DNA of 64,000 nucleotides from an uncultured virus (IMG/VR IMGVR_UViG_3300022752_000052) (IMGVR_UViG_3300022752_000052:1-64000); one strand, 5' to 3'; shown: positions 26,344 to 36,785, counted from the first letter of the stretch. The notes: generated by a model not told the origin, from the sequence alone. A program made the numbers and translations.

Positions 26344-26907
26344 ATGAAGAAGACTCCCAAAATGTTAATGAAGGAAGATGAGATAAAGATGTTTGAGGAT
26401 GTAGTGAGGAATTGCGGTTTTTATTTTGAATTTGGATGCGGGGGGAGTACTTTTCGGGCGTGTGAGTTAGGGGCAAAGAAGATTGTTTCCGTAGAGTCTC
26501 AAAAAATGTGGATAGATGAGATTAAGCAGTATGAGCAAGTAAAGGTCCACCCAGATATAACTTTCCTGGCTATTGATATTAATGCTGGAGATATGGGTAG
26601 GCCGATAAATAATACCAAGCAAAACAACTTTCCTTTGTATTCTTCTGCTATTGACAACTACAAAAACATTGATGTTGTATTAGTTGACGGTAGATTTCGT
26701 GTAGCATGTGCCTGTAAAGCTGTCATAAATCGCGTACAATCAATTTTAATACACGACTTTACTAATCGGGCTCACTACCACGATATCCTTCCTTATATTG
26801 AGATTATAAAGCAAACTGGTACATTAATCCAGGCCCGGCCGAAGAGTGATATTAACATGCAGGATTTAGAAAAATTATATGAAAATTACAAACTAAACCC
26901 AAGTTAA
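26344..26907 (+). CDS. Class I SAM-dependent methyltransferase-like protein (glycan O-methyltransferase type)
   Basis: FEFGCGGST, SVES, VLVDGRFRVAC, IHDF. Confidence 0.7.
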   Translation: MKKTPKMLMKEDEIKMFEDVVRNCGFYFEFGCGGSTFRACELGAKKIVSVESQKMWIDEIKQYEQVKVHPDITFLAIDINAGDMGRPINNTKQNNFPLYSSAIDNYKNIDVVLVDGRFRVACACKAVINRVQSILIHDFTNRAHYHDILPYIEIIKQTGTLIQARPKSDINMQDLEKLYENYKLNPS

Positions 26908-26909
26908 AA

Positions 26910-28781
26910 ATGAAAAAAGTATTTAGTATTATTTCTTTGTTTTTTTTCTTTTTTTCGCTACATGCACAAAAAGAAAATCCGGTATCTATATTTTTCAAAG
27001 ATGAATTTTTTTCGTTAATTGAAGAAGAGGTACAACATGTAAAATATATGATGATAAACAAAAGCCAGGTAGATTATATTTTTGAGTCGAAGCCTGATAG
27101 TGTTTCCATTATTTTACCTACTCCAAAAAGAAAAGAGATTATAGATTTGGAGAGAATTGATTTATTTACGGATAGCGCGAGTATATATACAAGTTCTGGA
27201 AAATCCCATAAACCTACTTGTTTAGTTTACTATGGAAAAGTGCGAGGAGATGATGGAGGATTTGCTAGTGTTGTTATAGATAAAGACGTTTTCTACTCTC
27301 ATATTATGGGTGATGGCCAAGGATGGATTTTTTCTTCTGTAGATGGATTGCTTTACGGAACGTGGAATCAAGAAAATTACAAAGATACTACAAATTTTAA
27401 GTGTGTTATGTTAGATAGGGAGGGGAGTGTAATTACGAATGAAGTAAATAAAAAGGTAGGTACTCCTGTAGATAAATTAATAACCATGTATATTGAAGCT
27501 GATTATGGCATGTATACTAAGCTAGGTAGTGCTAAAAAAGTAATTAGTTTTATAGAGAATGTATTTGCGCAAACTTTTATACTGTACAAGAATGAAAAAA
27601 TAAACATAAAAATAAACAGGTTAAAAATATGGGATACTCCTAGTGGGTATACTTATAATAGTTATGAGATGTTATTTAGTTTTGGTTATCAAATGAGAAA
27701 ACAACCTTTGACAGAAACCTTTGGAAAATTAGTATCTCTTGAAGGATCTTTTGGTGTTGCGTGGTTGAATTCATTATGTGATGATCCTTTTTATAGAACT
27801 AGTTATTCTGGATTAACGGAGAATACCTTACCTTATCCGAATTATTCTTGGAACTCTCACGTAATGACACATGAAATTGGGCATAACATAGGTTCTCCGC
27901 ACACACAATCATGTTCTTGGAATGGAAATAATACTGCGCTTGATGGTTGTTGGTTTATAGAGCCTACCGGTCCTGTTCCCTGCAAAACTCCTGAAATTAC
28001 CCCATACACAAAAGGGACTATAATGTCTTACTGTCACTTAAATCTAAATGTAGGAGTAGATTATAAATGGGGCTTTGGATTGCAGCCCGGAAATTTAATA
28101 CGCCAAAAAGTATCTTTCGCTAATTGTCTAGAAAAATATTTGCCTGAAAGTAAAGAATGTCCGGGTAAAGATTCTTCTTACACAAAGATAAATATAAAAA
28201 TTTCTGCGAATAAATTTTTTGAGGATTTTTACTATTCTATAAAACAAAACAATAAAATAGTATTAGAGTATAATCCAAATCAAAAGAGGTTAACACAAGA
28301 TACTTCGGTTTGTATTTTAAAAGACTCCTGTTTTACTTTGACTATAAGACATATGGCTAAGCCTCCTTTTGTGAATAAAATAAACTTTTCTATACATCAT
28401 GATTCTATTGTTATTTATGAAATATCTAATGTATACAGAACAAATGATTCAATAAAATTATGTCTTAATAATCAAACTGTAAAAAAAATAAATCAAAATC
28501 TTTTACCTCTGTCCAAAGATAATATAATGTACAATGATTGGATGAATGATGAAATGCAAATTGATAGATGGAACATGTTTTTGAATTTTAATGACATGCT
28601 ATTTACAGATTTATTTAGCGAATGGAAACTATATAATCTTAACGGTGTTTTAGTGGGATCCGGTAATAGTATTAATGACTTAAATGATAAACAAAGAAAA
28701 TTAGCAACAGGAATTTATATTTTATTAGGAAATAATAAATACTATAAGAAAATTTTTATATCAAACAATACAATTAAATAA
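26910..28781 (+). CDS. Secreted M12 (reprolysin-like) zinc metalloprotease with T9SS-like C-terminal domain
   Basis: Signal peptide, HEIGHNIGSPH, Met-turn GTIMSYCH, C-terminal LYNLNG.LV...LATGIYIL...KKIFI. Confidence 0.85.
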   Translation: MKKVFSIISLFFFFFSLHAQKENPVSIFFKDEFFSLIEEEVQHVKYMMINKSQVDYIFESKPDSVSIILPTPKRKEIIDLERIDLFTDSASIYTSSGKSHKPTCLVYYGKVRGDDGGFASVVIDKDVFYSHIMGDGQGWIFSSVDGLLYGTWNQENYKDTTNFKCVMLDREGSVITNEVNKKVGTPVDKLITMYIEADYGMYTKLGSAKKVISFIENVFAQTFILYKNEKINIKINRLKIWDTPSGYTYNSYEMLFSFGYQMRKQPLTETFGKLVSLEGSFGVAWLNSLCDDPFYRTSYSGLTENTLPYPNYSWNSHVMTHEIGHNIGSPHTQSCSWNGNNTALDGCWFIEPTGPVPCKTPEITPYTKGTIMSYCHLNLNVGVDYKWGFGLQPGNLIRQKVSFANCLEKYLPESKECPGKDSSYTKINIKISANKFFEDFYYSIKQNNKIVLEYNPNQKRLTQDTSVCILKDSCFTLTIRHMAKPPFVNKINFSIHHDSIVIYEISNVYRTNDSIKLCLNNQTVKKINQNLLPLSKDNIMYNDWMNDEMQIDRWNMFLNFNDMLFTDLFSEWKLYNLNGVLVGSGNSINDLNDKQRKLATGIYILLGNNKYYKKIFISNNTIK

Positions 28782-28783
28782 TA

Positions 28784-29044
28784 ATGTTTGACTGTATACT
28801 TCTTTTTACATTTCAAGTATTTTTTAACATTTTAAAGACATTAGAAATAAGATATACATATAATAATCAAATTACTAAATCTTTGATAAATACCATTATG
28901 ATAAACGTAATATCTTTAGCATCATTATATTTTTCTATTGATGCTTTAATACAAGGAAATTTATACATGATAGCATCCTATATCTTGGGTAGCTTTAGTG
29001 GAAAATTTATTAGCATGAAGTATATGAATAATAAAAAAATGTAG
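28784..29044 (+). CDS. Small multi-TM membrane protein
   Basis: Hydrophobic 86 aa. Confidence 0.7.
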   Translation: MFDCILLFTFQVFFNILKTLEIRYTYNNQITKSLINTIMINVISLASLYFSIDALIQGNLYMIASYILGSFSGKFISMKYMNNKKM

Positions 29045-29107
29045 AATAGTTTAAAAAAATGCTTGTAATTGTACTATAAGTACATATTTATGCTAAAAAA
29101 TAAACTA

Positions 29108-29464
29108 ATGAAAATTTATTTGACTATACTGCTATTGTTAGCTAGTACTTTACTCCTTAGTCAAGAGTATAAAGATTCTATATCAATTAACTACGGGCCC
29201 TGGGGAGTTTACCGAGACGGTGTATATACCTATGGAGGAAAAGTCATGAAAAATAAAGAAAGTTTTATATACGAGTTAATGAGCAATTTATACATAGATA
29301 GAGACAACAGAATTATAACAGAATACGATTTTATCTATTGTTATTCTTTATGGAATGGCAATTTTTACATCAGAGATAAAACTTTTGTGTACTTTGATTT
29401 CTTTAAGTTAAGTGTAAGAAAAGAAATAAAATCTTGGATAAAGAGAAAAAAACTTGCGCGGTAA
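29108..29464 (+). CDS. Secreted hypothetical protein
   Basis: MKIYLTILLLLASTLLLS-Q signal-like start. Confidence 0.65.
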   Translation: MKIYLTILLLLASTLLLSQEYKDSISINYGPWGVYRDGVYTYGGKVMKNKESFIYELMSNLYIDRDNRIITEYDFIYCYSLWNGNFYIRDKTFVYFDFFKLSVRKEIKSWIKRKKLAR

Positions 29465-29607
29465 ACTTTTTTTTCTTATATTTGTTGAAATATTACGATG
29501 AATAAAGAAAATAACGCGAAAGAAAACCTTTTATCTTCGGGAAAAGTTTTTAAGGTAAAAATACTTTTACAAGAAAGTATTATATATACTACTGTAATAA
29601 ATAAAAA

Positions 29608-29679
29608 AGCGGGATAGTGTAATGGTTAACACATAGGACTCATGATCCTATACTGCTAGTTCGACTCCAGCTCCCGCTA
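29608..29679 (+). tRNA. tRNA with CAT anticodon (Met or Ile2)
   Basis: AGCGGGA/TCCCGCT acceptor, GTGT/ACAC D stem, TAGGA-CTCATGA-TCCTA, TTCGACT T loop; one T-stem mismatch; CCA not encoded. Confidence 0.85.
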
Positions 29680-29788
29680 CTAATTCTTTTTCGATTTCCT
29701 CTCAAACAAAGTAATATTTTATAACATAACTCACACGTAATATGTGAGCATACTAAAAATTTTTTATAACAAAACAAAATCTTTAAAA

Positions 29789-30319
29789 ATGAAAAAGGAC
29801 TCTTTAGAACAAGTTGTTAAATTTCAAAAAATGTTAGGTCGACATGAAGAAAAATCTGTGGAACATGTACAAAATGCTTTATCTTTGTTTATGGACGAAG
29901 TCGCAGAATTTATAGATGAATTTGTTGTACTTGATGAAAGCGATTTACAAGATAATGTAGATTTTGATATATTAGACCGCAGAAATATTGCTAAAGAGTC
30001 TATAGATATTATTTACACATTAGTAGGTATATTAGAGATAATGAATATACCTGTTGTTGAATCTTTGCAGAGAGTAAATGAAAGTAATTTTTCTAAGTTT
30101 TTACCTTCAAAAACTATGGCGGAATCTCAAGTTTTAGCAGTAAGAAAAAAGTATCAAATGATTGAAGGAGGAGAAACTGTAGATGTTAAATCTGTAAATT
30201 TTGAGGGGGAAGATTATTTTTATTTATCTAGAACCTCTGATGGTAAAATGTTGAAACCTATGTCTTATGAAGAAGCCGATATGTCTCACATCGATTCTCC
30301 GGGAATTGAAAGAGTGTAA
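29789..30319 (+). CDS. MazG-like / PRA-PH nucleotide pyrophosphohydrolase
   Basis: DE..EF, KE..DI.Y, V.ESNFSK, DGKMLKP. Confidence 0.75.
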   Translation: MKKDSLEQVVKFQKMLGRHEEKSVEHVQNALSLFMDEVAEFIDEFVVLDESDLQDNVDFDILDRRNIAKESIDIIYTLVGILEIMNIPVVESLQRVNESNFSKFLPSKTMAESQVLAVRKKYQMIEGGETVDVKSVNFEGEDYFYLSRTSDGKMLKPMSYEEADMSHIDSPGIERV

Positions 30320-30321
30320 AA

Positions 30322-31239
30322 ATGGGAGAAAAAATGGAAACCTATGTGAGGGAAAATAAAAAATTGCCGATATATCTAGGTTTGGCTATTGTTATATCCT
30401 TTCTTTTAGGGTCTTTATCAAGCCATAATTCTTTTCCTAGTTATGATAAACATGAAATATTTTCCGGGGGTTCTATTGAATATGTTGTGAAATATGTATA
30501 TGATACCGTGTATGTAGAAAAATCGTCTTACAAGATAATTAAAGATACGGTGTATATAGAAAATAAAGTAAATATGGTAAAGGACGGAGTTGCGGTTAAA
30601 CCTAACAAATCCGTTCCTTTTACTATTCCTTTTACAACATTTTCATCTAGATCTCATGGTCACGATTTTAAAGAATATACTCATACTGAGGCTATAGAGT
30701 ATTTACAGAATAAAGGATTTAGAAATCTAAATGGACTTAGTCTAACGACTTTACGTAGAATAAACTTACTTTATAATTATGACTCTCTTCTATATGCCGT
30801 ACATCATATGACAGATTTTCCTGTATCATTTATTTATGCGTACTTTATATTAGAAGCTACTTCAGCAGGGGTAGAAACAGATTTATGGAGGTTATACGGC
30901 AATCCTGGAGGAGTGAAGAAATTGGGTAATCATAACTGGATTAATTTAAAAACAGTTGAGTACATTAAAGGCCGTAGAAGAACTGTAAAACAAAAATTCT
31001 TCTCCGCTAAAAATACCGAAGAAGGTCTTAAAGTATGGGCATCCGTTTTTAATGCTAATAGATATGAGAAGTGTAAAAAAACAGATTATAGTCTTCCTCA
31101 AATGCAAATTTACAGAAACTTATGTAAATGTATGATGAAGTCCGGATATCATACAAGTCCTGATTATGAAATTAGAGCTGAGTATATGAAAGAATATTGG
31201 GATTTTAAAAAATTATATTTTCCTAAAAGATTAAAATAA
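30322..31239 (+). CDS. Membrane-anchored glucosaminidase-like peptidoglycan hydrolase
   Basis: N-terminal TM; ILEAT, NPGGVK, SGYHTSPDY motifs. Confidence 0.65.
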   Translation: MGEKMETYVRENKKLPIYLGLAIVISFLLGSLSSHNSFPSYDKHEIFSGGSIEYVVKYVYDTVYVEKSSYKIIKDTVYIENKVNMVKDGVAVKPNKSVPFTIPFTTFSSRSHGHDFKEYTHTEAIEYLQNKGFRNLNGLSLTTLRRINLLYNYDSLLYAVHHMTDFPVSFIYAYFILEATSAGVETDLWRLYGNPGGVKKLGNHNWINLKTVEYIKGRRRTVKQKFFSAKNTEEGLKVWASVFNANRYEKCKKTDYSLPQMQIYRNLCKCMMKSGYHTSPDYEIRAEYMKEYWDFKKLYFPKRLK

Positions 31240-31273
31240 TTTTGCCCTATACTATTTATTTAAAAATGAAGAT

Positions 31274-31573
31274 ATGAACCAAAAAGTAATTGAACAAATG
31301 AAGGAATCTCTAGCTGAGTATGAAATGCTAGATTTAGGTGTAAATAAACTTGAAGATAAGGATATGTTCAGAGAAATTCTGAAAATTTTCTTTAGGAACA
31401 TGGATAAAACAATTTTCAAAACAGACAAACAAGGAAATGTTTTATTTAATGATGAGGGTGAGGAAATAATTAACTGGTTTGAATTAGTTAAACTTGTTTT
31501 ATTTAGTTTATCAAAATTAATTGGTAATTATATGGCCCTCAAAAAAATTGCTCAAGTAAAAAAATTATTATGA
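31274..31573 (+). CDS. Hypothetical protein
   Basis: 99 aa, coupled to the S8 gene. Confidence 0.7.
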   Translation: MNQKVIEQMKESLAEYEMLDLGVNKLEDKDMFREILKIFFRNMDKTIFKTDKQGNVLFNDEGEEIINWFELVKLVLFSLSKLIGNYMALKKIAQVKKLL

Positions 31574-33102
31574 AATTTTCCGTATCTGATTTACAATTCG
31601 CACAAAGAGTTAATTTTGATCTATTAGCCAAGTATTTTAATGCTTTAGGAGAAAACCATGATATTATCCTTCCGCCACCGCCTACTCCTATTTACGCAAC
31701 ATTACAATCTAGTATATTATCAAATGGTAACTGGGGATATTCGTTTTTGAAAACTGATTTTATTGCTGAAAAAATAAAAAAGGGTGAGAAACCTTCTCGT
31801 AAAATATTGTATTGTGTTGTCGATACCATGGCGTATCCAAATCACAATGATTTATTATCGGGCAATCAATTTGTTCCAAAAAAGTTTTGCTTGGATCACA
31901 CTACGGATAAAACCGGAATCGATGGTCATGGACATGGTCACCACGTTTCAGGTACTATTATGGGGAAACATCCTAATGGATTCCCGCTTGGTCTTGCCTA
32001 TGTTAAAGACGTACCTACCGAAGATCTTATTATGGCACAAAAGGGATTAAATTCCAATGGTTCTGGCGCATCCGATTGGCTAGTAAACGCAATTTTACAT
32101 GCGGCTAATGTATGGGAAACGGAGTATAAAAAACTAGGTTATTTGCTTGTTTACAATTTCTCTTGGGGAGGCGGGAGCGAAACTCCGGCAATATCAAGAG
32201 CAATTGAGCAAGTTATTGCTAGAGGAGCCTTTGTAAATGCTGCTGCCGGTAACGACGGTAGCGGAGTGGTAGGTTGGCCTGCTGCTCATAAGGAAGTAAT
32301 TTCTTGGGCGGCTTGTGATCAATCAGGTAGAAGAGCTAATTTTTCTCAATATGGAAATGAATTAGAGGCAATAGCTCCAGGTGTTTCTATCTGGTCTACC
32401 TTTAAAGACCCTAATAGTTATGTTTCTTGGGATGGTACAAGCATGGCTACTCCACACGGAACCGCTGCCATGGGACATGTTCTTAAGTGGTATCCAGAAA
32501 TAAAAACTCAAGCAGATTTAATTTCCTTCTTAGCAACCAATAGCACTGATGGGGGAGTTGAGGGCAAAGATATTGAGTACGGTTTCGGTTATCCTATGCT
32601 AGATAAAATGCTATCTAAGAAAACTATCATACCAGAACCAGTTAAACCTCCTGTAGAAGCTGAGGAGCCAGTAATTCCTAGTCCGGAAGCTAGGACTTCA
32701 TTTAGAAATCTTACCATAGAAATAGATGCTACACAATCGTTATTATGGAAAGTGCAGCATCCTTGGAATGATAAAAAAATAAACGCATTATTATATAATA
32801 TTAACAAATTGTCTCTTCCGGAAAAAGATAAATTAAATAATCCTAGAATTTATAAAAAAATATATATAAACAAAGTATTTTTTAAAGTTAAAAGCATGTT
32901 AAATTATGATGTAGCATTGAATTATTATAAAGAATATCTAGATTCATTCTTTAATAATCATTGTGTTTTTGTTAACAATGGTTCGGATGTTCATGATGTT
33001 CTTGCTTTTATATCTTTATCACTACAAAATTTAAAAGTTAATATAGAAACAATTCAAGCTGTAGATGAAAAAGGAAATAAAATAATTTATACTATCAAAT
33101 AA
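31570..33102 (+). CDS. S8 subtilisin-family serine protease
   Basis: VVDT, HGHHVSG, AAAGN, GTSMATPH. Confidence 0.9.
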   Translation: MKFSVSDLQFAQRVNFDLLAKYFNALGENHDIILPPPPTPIYATLQSSILSNGNWGYSFLKTDFIAEKIKKGEKPSRKILYCVVDTMAYPNHNDLLSGNQFVPKKFCLDHTTDKTGIDGHGHGHHVSGTIMGKHPNGFPLGLAYVKDVPTEDLIMAQKGLNSNGSGASDWLVNAILHAANVWETEYKKLGYLLVYNFSWGGGSETPAISRAIEQVIARGAFVNAAAGNDGSGVVGWPAAHKEVISWAACDQSGRRANFSQYGNELEAIAPGVSIWSTFKDPNSYVSWDGTSMATPHGTAAMGHVLKWYPEIKTQADLISFLATNSTDGGVEGKDIEYGFGYPMLDKMLSKKTIIPEPVKPPVEAEEPVIPSPEARTSFRNLTIEIDATQSLLWKVQHPWNDKKINALLYNINKLSLPEKDKLNNPRIYKKIYINKVFFKVKSMLNYDVALNYYKEYLDSFFNNHCVFVNNGSDVHDVLAFISLSLQNLKVNIETIQAVDEKGNKIIYTIK

Positions 33103-33690
33103 TTACCTATAAGGCAATCCTCCTAACCAAAGAACCAAAGACTTTCTAGTACCAAATTCAATAGGAGTAACGCGATGTAACATAAAGGATGGGAAGATTA
33201 CAACCCGTCCTTTATTTTTTGGTATGATTGTATCATGTTTTCCGTATTTTAAAACTAAGTCTCCTCCGGAATAATCTTCTGGTCCTGTTAATTGAACTAC
33301 AATTGATATTTTTCTAAAACAAACAGGAGGTACTCCTCCGCAATCTATATGCCAATCGTACATTCCTGAATCAGCGCTATCGTATATAGTGTATTGTATA
33401 TTTTCTACACTGTCTCCTATGTTAAAGTTCCACATAATATTATTTGCCTCATCAGCAAATTTAAATAGCTTCTCATACAACCAATTGCTTTCATCGGTTA
33501 TAGGAAGCCATTTTATAGTACTTCTTCTATATTCTGTAATATCTTCCGGAGATCCTAGTACGGATGCATTTTGAGAAGCTACTTTTGAAGCTATGTTCTC
33601 TACTGATTCTAATTCTAGATCAGTGAATCCAGAAGAAAATGTATAATAATTTGTTAAGTTTGGAACAAATTGTTTGAAACCTATTGCCAT
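33103..33690 (-). CDS. 2OG-Fe(II) oxygenase (prolyl-hydroxylase-like)
   Basis: YDWHID, RKIS, YSGGDL, FPSFMLHRVTP, RKSLVLW. Confidence 0.88.
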   Translation of the reverse strand: MAIGFKQFVPNLTNYYTFSSGFTDLELESVENIASKVASQNASVLGSPEDITEYRRSTIKWLPITDESNWLYEKLFKFADEANNIMWNFNIGDSVENIQYTIYDSADSGMYDWHIDCGGVPPVCFRKISIVVQLTGPEDYSGGDLVLKYGKHDTIIPKNKGRVVIFPSFMLHRVTPIEFGTRKSLVLWLGGLPYR

Positions 33691-33691
33691 A

Positions 33692-33898
33692 TTATCCTAG
33701 TATTACTTTTTTATTTTCTGTTAATGTAAATGATTTTTTAATTCTATCAATATATTCCTCGGTAACATATACGGAAATCCAATCTGAACTACTTTCTTCA
33801 GATAAAAGAATAAAGTCTTTTTCTAATATGCAATCTGTTACAGTAATGTCATTATTTACTTTTTCTACATCCTGTCTTTTAACCCAAATCTGTTTCAT
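33692..33898 (-). CDS. Hypothetical protein
   Basis: Tightly packed operon. Confidence 0.65.
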   Translation of the reverse strand: MKQIWVKRQDVEKVNNDITVTDCILEKDFILLSEESSSDWISVYVTEEYIDRIKKSFTLTENKKVILG

Positions 33899-34076
33899 TT
33901 TCTTCTGTTTTTAAATTTTCTGTATTTTTTATAAGGTAGTCCTGTATAGCAGATACTACTCCAGTTTTCTTTCTTTTAGACTCTTCTAAAATACTTGTTA
34001 TATATATAATATCATATTCTAAACGACCCAGTTCTAAATACAAATGGTCTAATAAATTTTCTTTTTTTTCGCTCAT
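33879..34076 (-). CDS. Hypothetical protein
   Basis: Tightly packed operon. Confidence 0.65.
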   Translation of the reverse strand: MSEKKENLLDHLYLELGRLEYDIIYITSILEESKRKKTGVVSAIQDYLIKNTENLKTEENETDLG

Positions 34077-34309
34077 TTTAAAACTTCGTAGTTTTCTAAA
34101 AATTTATCTATTCTTTCTTGAACTTCGGAAAAATCCGGATTAATTTTATTGGAGATAAGATATTTTTCTAGCTTCTCTCTTTTTCTCGGGAATTCACTCC
34201 TGTTATTCAAGTAAATATTAAACAAATATTCGTTGTAATAAGTTTTGTAATCTTCTGTATTTTCAGCTGAATTGTATAAAATACTTTCGCTCCATTCTAA
34301 TGAAATCAT
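34073..34309 (-). CDS. Hypothetical protein
   Basis: Tightly packed operon. Confidence 0.65.
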   Translation of the reverse strand: MISLEWSESILYNSAENTEDYKTYYNEYLFNIYLNNRSEFPRKREKLEKYLISNKINPDFSEVQERIDKFLENYEVLK

Positions 34310-34311
34310 AA

Positions 34312-34836
34312 TTAAAAGTTTTTGGGTCCTATTAAATTTCCTACATTTATATAATAACAGTTATAGCATAGAACTCTTATATTATCTATTTTTTGATTGT
34401 CGCTATTTCCATCTTTATAATCAAGTAATAAAGCGCTAGTATCATCCGACAACCTTTTTTCTTCAAATCCACAAAGACAGCATTTTTCTTTTACTAGTCC
34501 GGACATAAAGAGTCTTTTCTTGAAGTAAGTTTTATTACGAGATATTTTTTTTCCCTCTAATACTTCTTTCAAATCACTAAAAAAATCTGATGCTTTAGGA
34601 GATCTAACAATACCTACACCTTTTTTATTATTAGAAATCTCGTACCAAGTTAATCCATTTTCAGGATTTTTGTATATTGATGCATATTTTTTAAATGTTG
34701 CAGGAGATACTCTTAAGAACTTTGCTGCTTGCGCAGATGACCTTGTGTTTTCTATTGCATATCTAACTTCGGACTCACTAAGATTAATTTGAGGTCTTCC
34801 GCTAGGATTAAAAGATTTTCTTTGAAACAGGCCCAT
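34312..34836 (-). CDS. HTH + degenerate HNH-like zinc-binding protein
   Basis: AQAAKFLRVS HTH-like; CCLCG...DG...N...LCYNC. Confidence 0.6.
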   Translation of the reverse strand: MGLFQRKSFNPSGRPQINLSESEVRYAIENTRSSAQAAKFLRVSPATFKKYASIYKNPENGLTWYEISNNKKGVGIVRSPKASDFFSDLKEVLEGKKISRNKTYFKKRLFMSGLVKEKCCLCGFEEKRLSDDTSALLLDYKDGNSDNQKIDNIRVLCYNCYYINVGNLIGPKNF

Positions 34837-35249
34837 TATATATTAGTTACGATTAATTCAAAATTTAATTTATCTAATAAAAGTTCTTCGCATAACTCGT
34901 AGGCTAAATCAGCATCGACAATTGTTTTAAAATCTACTTTCTTATTTTTATATAATATAGTAGCTAATTGCTCAGCTTGTGTAGAAGTTATACCTAAAAA
35001 ATTATAAAAACTTTTTACGTAGTATTCATAATCATAACCGCATTCAAAAACTGTTATCTTGTATTTGAATTCATCATCTTTTTTTATCCATTCATCAGGT
35101 AATGTAACATTGGATATATCATTAGGAATATCATCTATAGCATCCATGAAATTATCATATTCTTTTGATGATAATAAAGAATTTGTATTAGGATCTACTA
35201 AATACATGAAAACTTTTTCTAATGATAAAATCCACTTTAATTTATACAT
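34836..35249 (-). CDS. Hypothetical protein with ClpS-like C-terminal region
   Basis: YEYYVKSF...QAEQLA.I...K pattern. Confidence 0.45.
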   Translation of the reverse strand: MYKLKWILSLEKVFMYLVDPNTNSLLSSKEYDNFMDAIDDIPNDISNVTLPDEWIKKDDEFKYKITVFECGYDYEYYVKSFYNFLGITSTQAEQLATILYKNKKVDFKTIVDADLAYELCEELLLDKLNFELIVTNI

Positions 35250-35451
35250 GTTTCATTTTTTTTAGAGCATTTTTAATTACAATACATTTAGTAAAATCAT
35301 TAGTTTTTTCAAAGTAGGATAACATTTTTTCAGATATGTCTATTTTTTGTTTTTTAGTAGCTTTCTCCGACCAATTAGAGAAATTATTTTTTGATGTGAT
35401 ATCATATATTAAATTCATTGCTGCATCTTCATAATCACGTATCTGAGCCAT
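35242..35451 (-). CDS. Hypothetical protein
   Basis: 69 aa; YFEK.NDF.KC..IK motif. Confidence 0.65.
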   Translation of the reverse strand: MAQIRDYEDAAMNLIYDITSKNNFSNWSEKATKKQKIDISEKMLSYFEKTNDFTKCIVIKNALKKMKHV

Positions 35452-36169
35452 CTTCTTTAGATTTTTGAGGTGCTATTTGTTTTTTAGGTGTTATTTCTTG
35501 TTTTTTGGGCTCTTCTTTATCTTTGTTATTTTTTGTGTCACTAGATTTATTTTTAGGCTCTTCTACTGGTTCCACTTCTTCTTCAATAAATTCGCTTATA
35601 TGCAAAGTCATAACAGGATTTTTAAGTTCTCTTCCGTTTATTTTTAACTTTGCAGGTGATAGCTCTGATGGGTCTTCGGTAAAATATCCTATTGAAAATT
35701 CGTTATCTTTAAGCAGTCTCACTATAACTCCACTATCTCCTGAGTCGTTTCTTACAATTTGATAGCCACTTTCTTCTAGAGTTGTATCTGCTCCTTGAGC
35801 TCCTAAATCTTTTACTTTAGTTTTGTCTTCTTCTTCCGGCTCTGTTTGATTTTTTGTTGTATCTTCTTCTTCTGTAAAAGTATCAAAAAATTTCTCCCAT
35901 AGTGCTCTTGCCTTTTTTATGTTGAATATTTTTATTTTATCTTTTGTTCTACTTAAGGCACTATCAATACGGTTTAAAATACCTTGTGCTACTTTAGATT
36001 TATATCCTCTAGGTAAGTCTGATCTTTTCAAAGTTAAAATTGATTTAGCAGCTCTTTTAGAATCTGCAAACTCAAATTTCATACCTTGCTTCTTTACTCT
36101 CTGATCTAGCTCGGCTGTAGAAAGTGTTTTTAAATCCTTATCATTTTGTTTTAAATCAGAATCGGCCAT
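35435..36169 (-). CDS. Hypothetical charged protein
   Basis: 244-aa ORF. Confidence 0.75.
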   Translation of the reverse strand: MADSDLKQNDKDLKTLSTAELDQRVKKQGMKFEFADSKRAAKSILTLKRSDLPRGYKSKVAQGILNRIDSALSRTKDKIKIFNIKKARALWEKFFDTFTEEEDTTKNQTEPEEEDKTKVKDLGAQGADTTLEESGYQIVRNDSGDSGVIVRLLKDNEFSIGYFTEDPSELSPAKLKINGRELKNPVMTLHISEFIEEEVEPVEEPKNKSSDTKNNKDKEEPKKQEITPKKQIAPQKSKEDGSDT

Positions 36170-36170
36170 A

Positions 36171-36785
36171 TTATTTTATTAGGGATTCATTAATTGCAAT
36201 ACCTGTTATTCCTAAGGTTACTTTACCTAATTTTCTAGGGAACAGGATAAAAATGAAATCAGTGACAATACCTGATAATTTTACAGACTCTTTATAAATC
36301 ATAACGGAGCCATTAGATAGTATTTCTTTTTCTTTTTTAGTGATTGTATCATGAGCTTCTTGTCCTAATATGCATTTATCAGATTGTCCTAAATGATTAG
36401 ATATTGATTCAGTGCAATTCTTTACAAAAGTATCAACATAAGCCGTATTAGTTGCTAGTAATTTTCCATCTGAACTTTTTAACCACATAGGCAAAGGCAA
36501 ATCTAGTGCTGAGCTTTCTAACAAAGATATTCCATTTTTTAAAACAAATATTTCTTGTTTTAGTTTTAGATTATCTTCAGAAGTCGTTGCGGTCTTAGAT
36601 TCTAACTCGTGAAGTTTTTCCTCTAAATCTTCAATAATTTTATCTTGCCTTTCTAGTAGAGTATTATAATCTACAGATTTTTGCTTATTTTTATTTATCC
36701 AATAGGAAAATATGTGTCTTATACCTAGCGCACTAAGTATAGCGGTTATACCATAGAATAAATTGGTTATTTCAGGTAATTTCAT
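36171..36785 (-). CDS. TM + coiled-coil + PAS-like domain protein
   Basis: LPLPMWLKSSDGKLLATN.AY...G.SD...G.TGIAI. Confidence 0.65.
   Translation of the reverse strand: MKLPEITNLFYGITAILSALGIRHIFSYWINKNKQKSVDYNTLLERQDKIIEDLEEKLHELESKTATTSEDNLKLKQEIFVLKNGISLLESSALDLPLPMWLKSSDGKLLATNTAYVDTFVKNCTESISNHLGQSDKCILGQEAHDTITKKEKEILSNGSVMIYKESVKLSGIVTDFIFILFPRKLGKVTLGITGIAINESLIK

Noticed and set aside
26438..26446. GCGGGG inside the methyltransferase gene as a skew anchor
   Set aside because: It lacks the upstream TT and is followed by G-rich sequence. Copies at about 20272 and 22931 (terminator hairpins) also show no clear tract. These are noted as limits of the motif model.
33103..33690. TET/JBP-type 5mC dioxygenase
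   Set aside because: Motifs fit the prolyl-hydroxylase-like 2OG-Fe(II) group, and the gene is not adjacent to the C5 methyltransferase.
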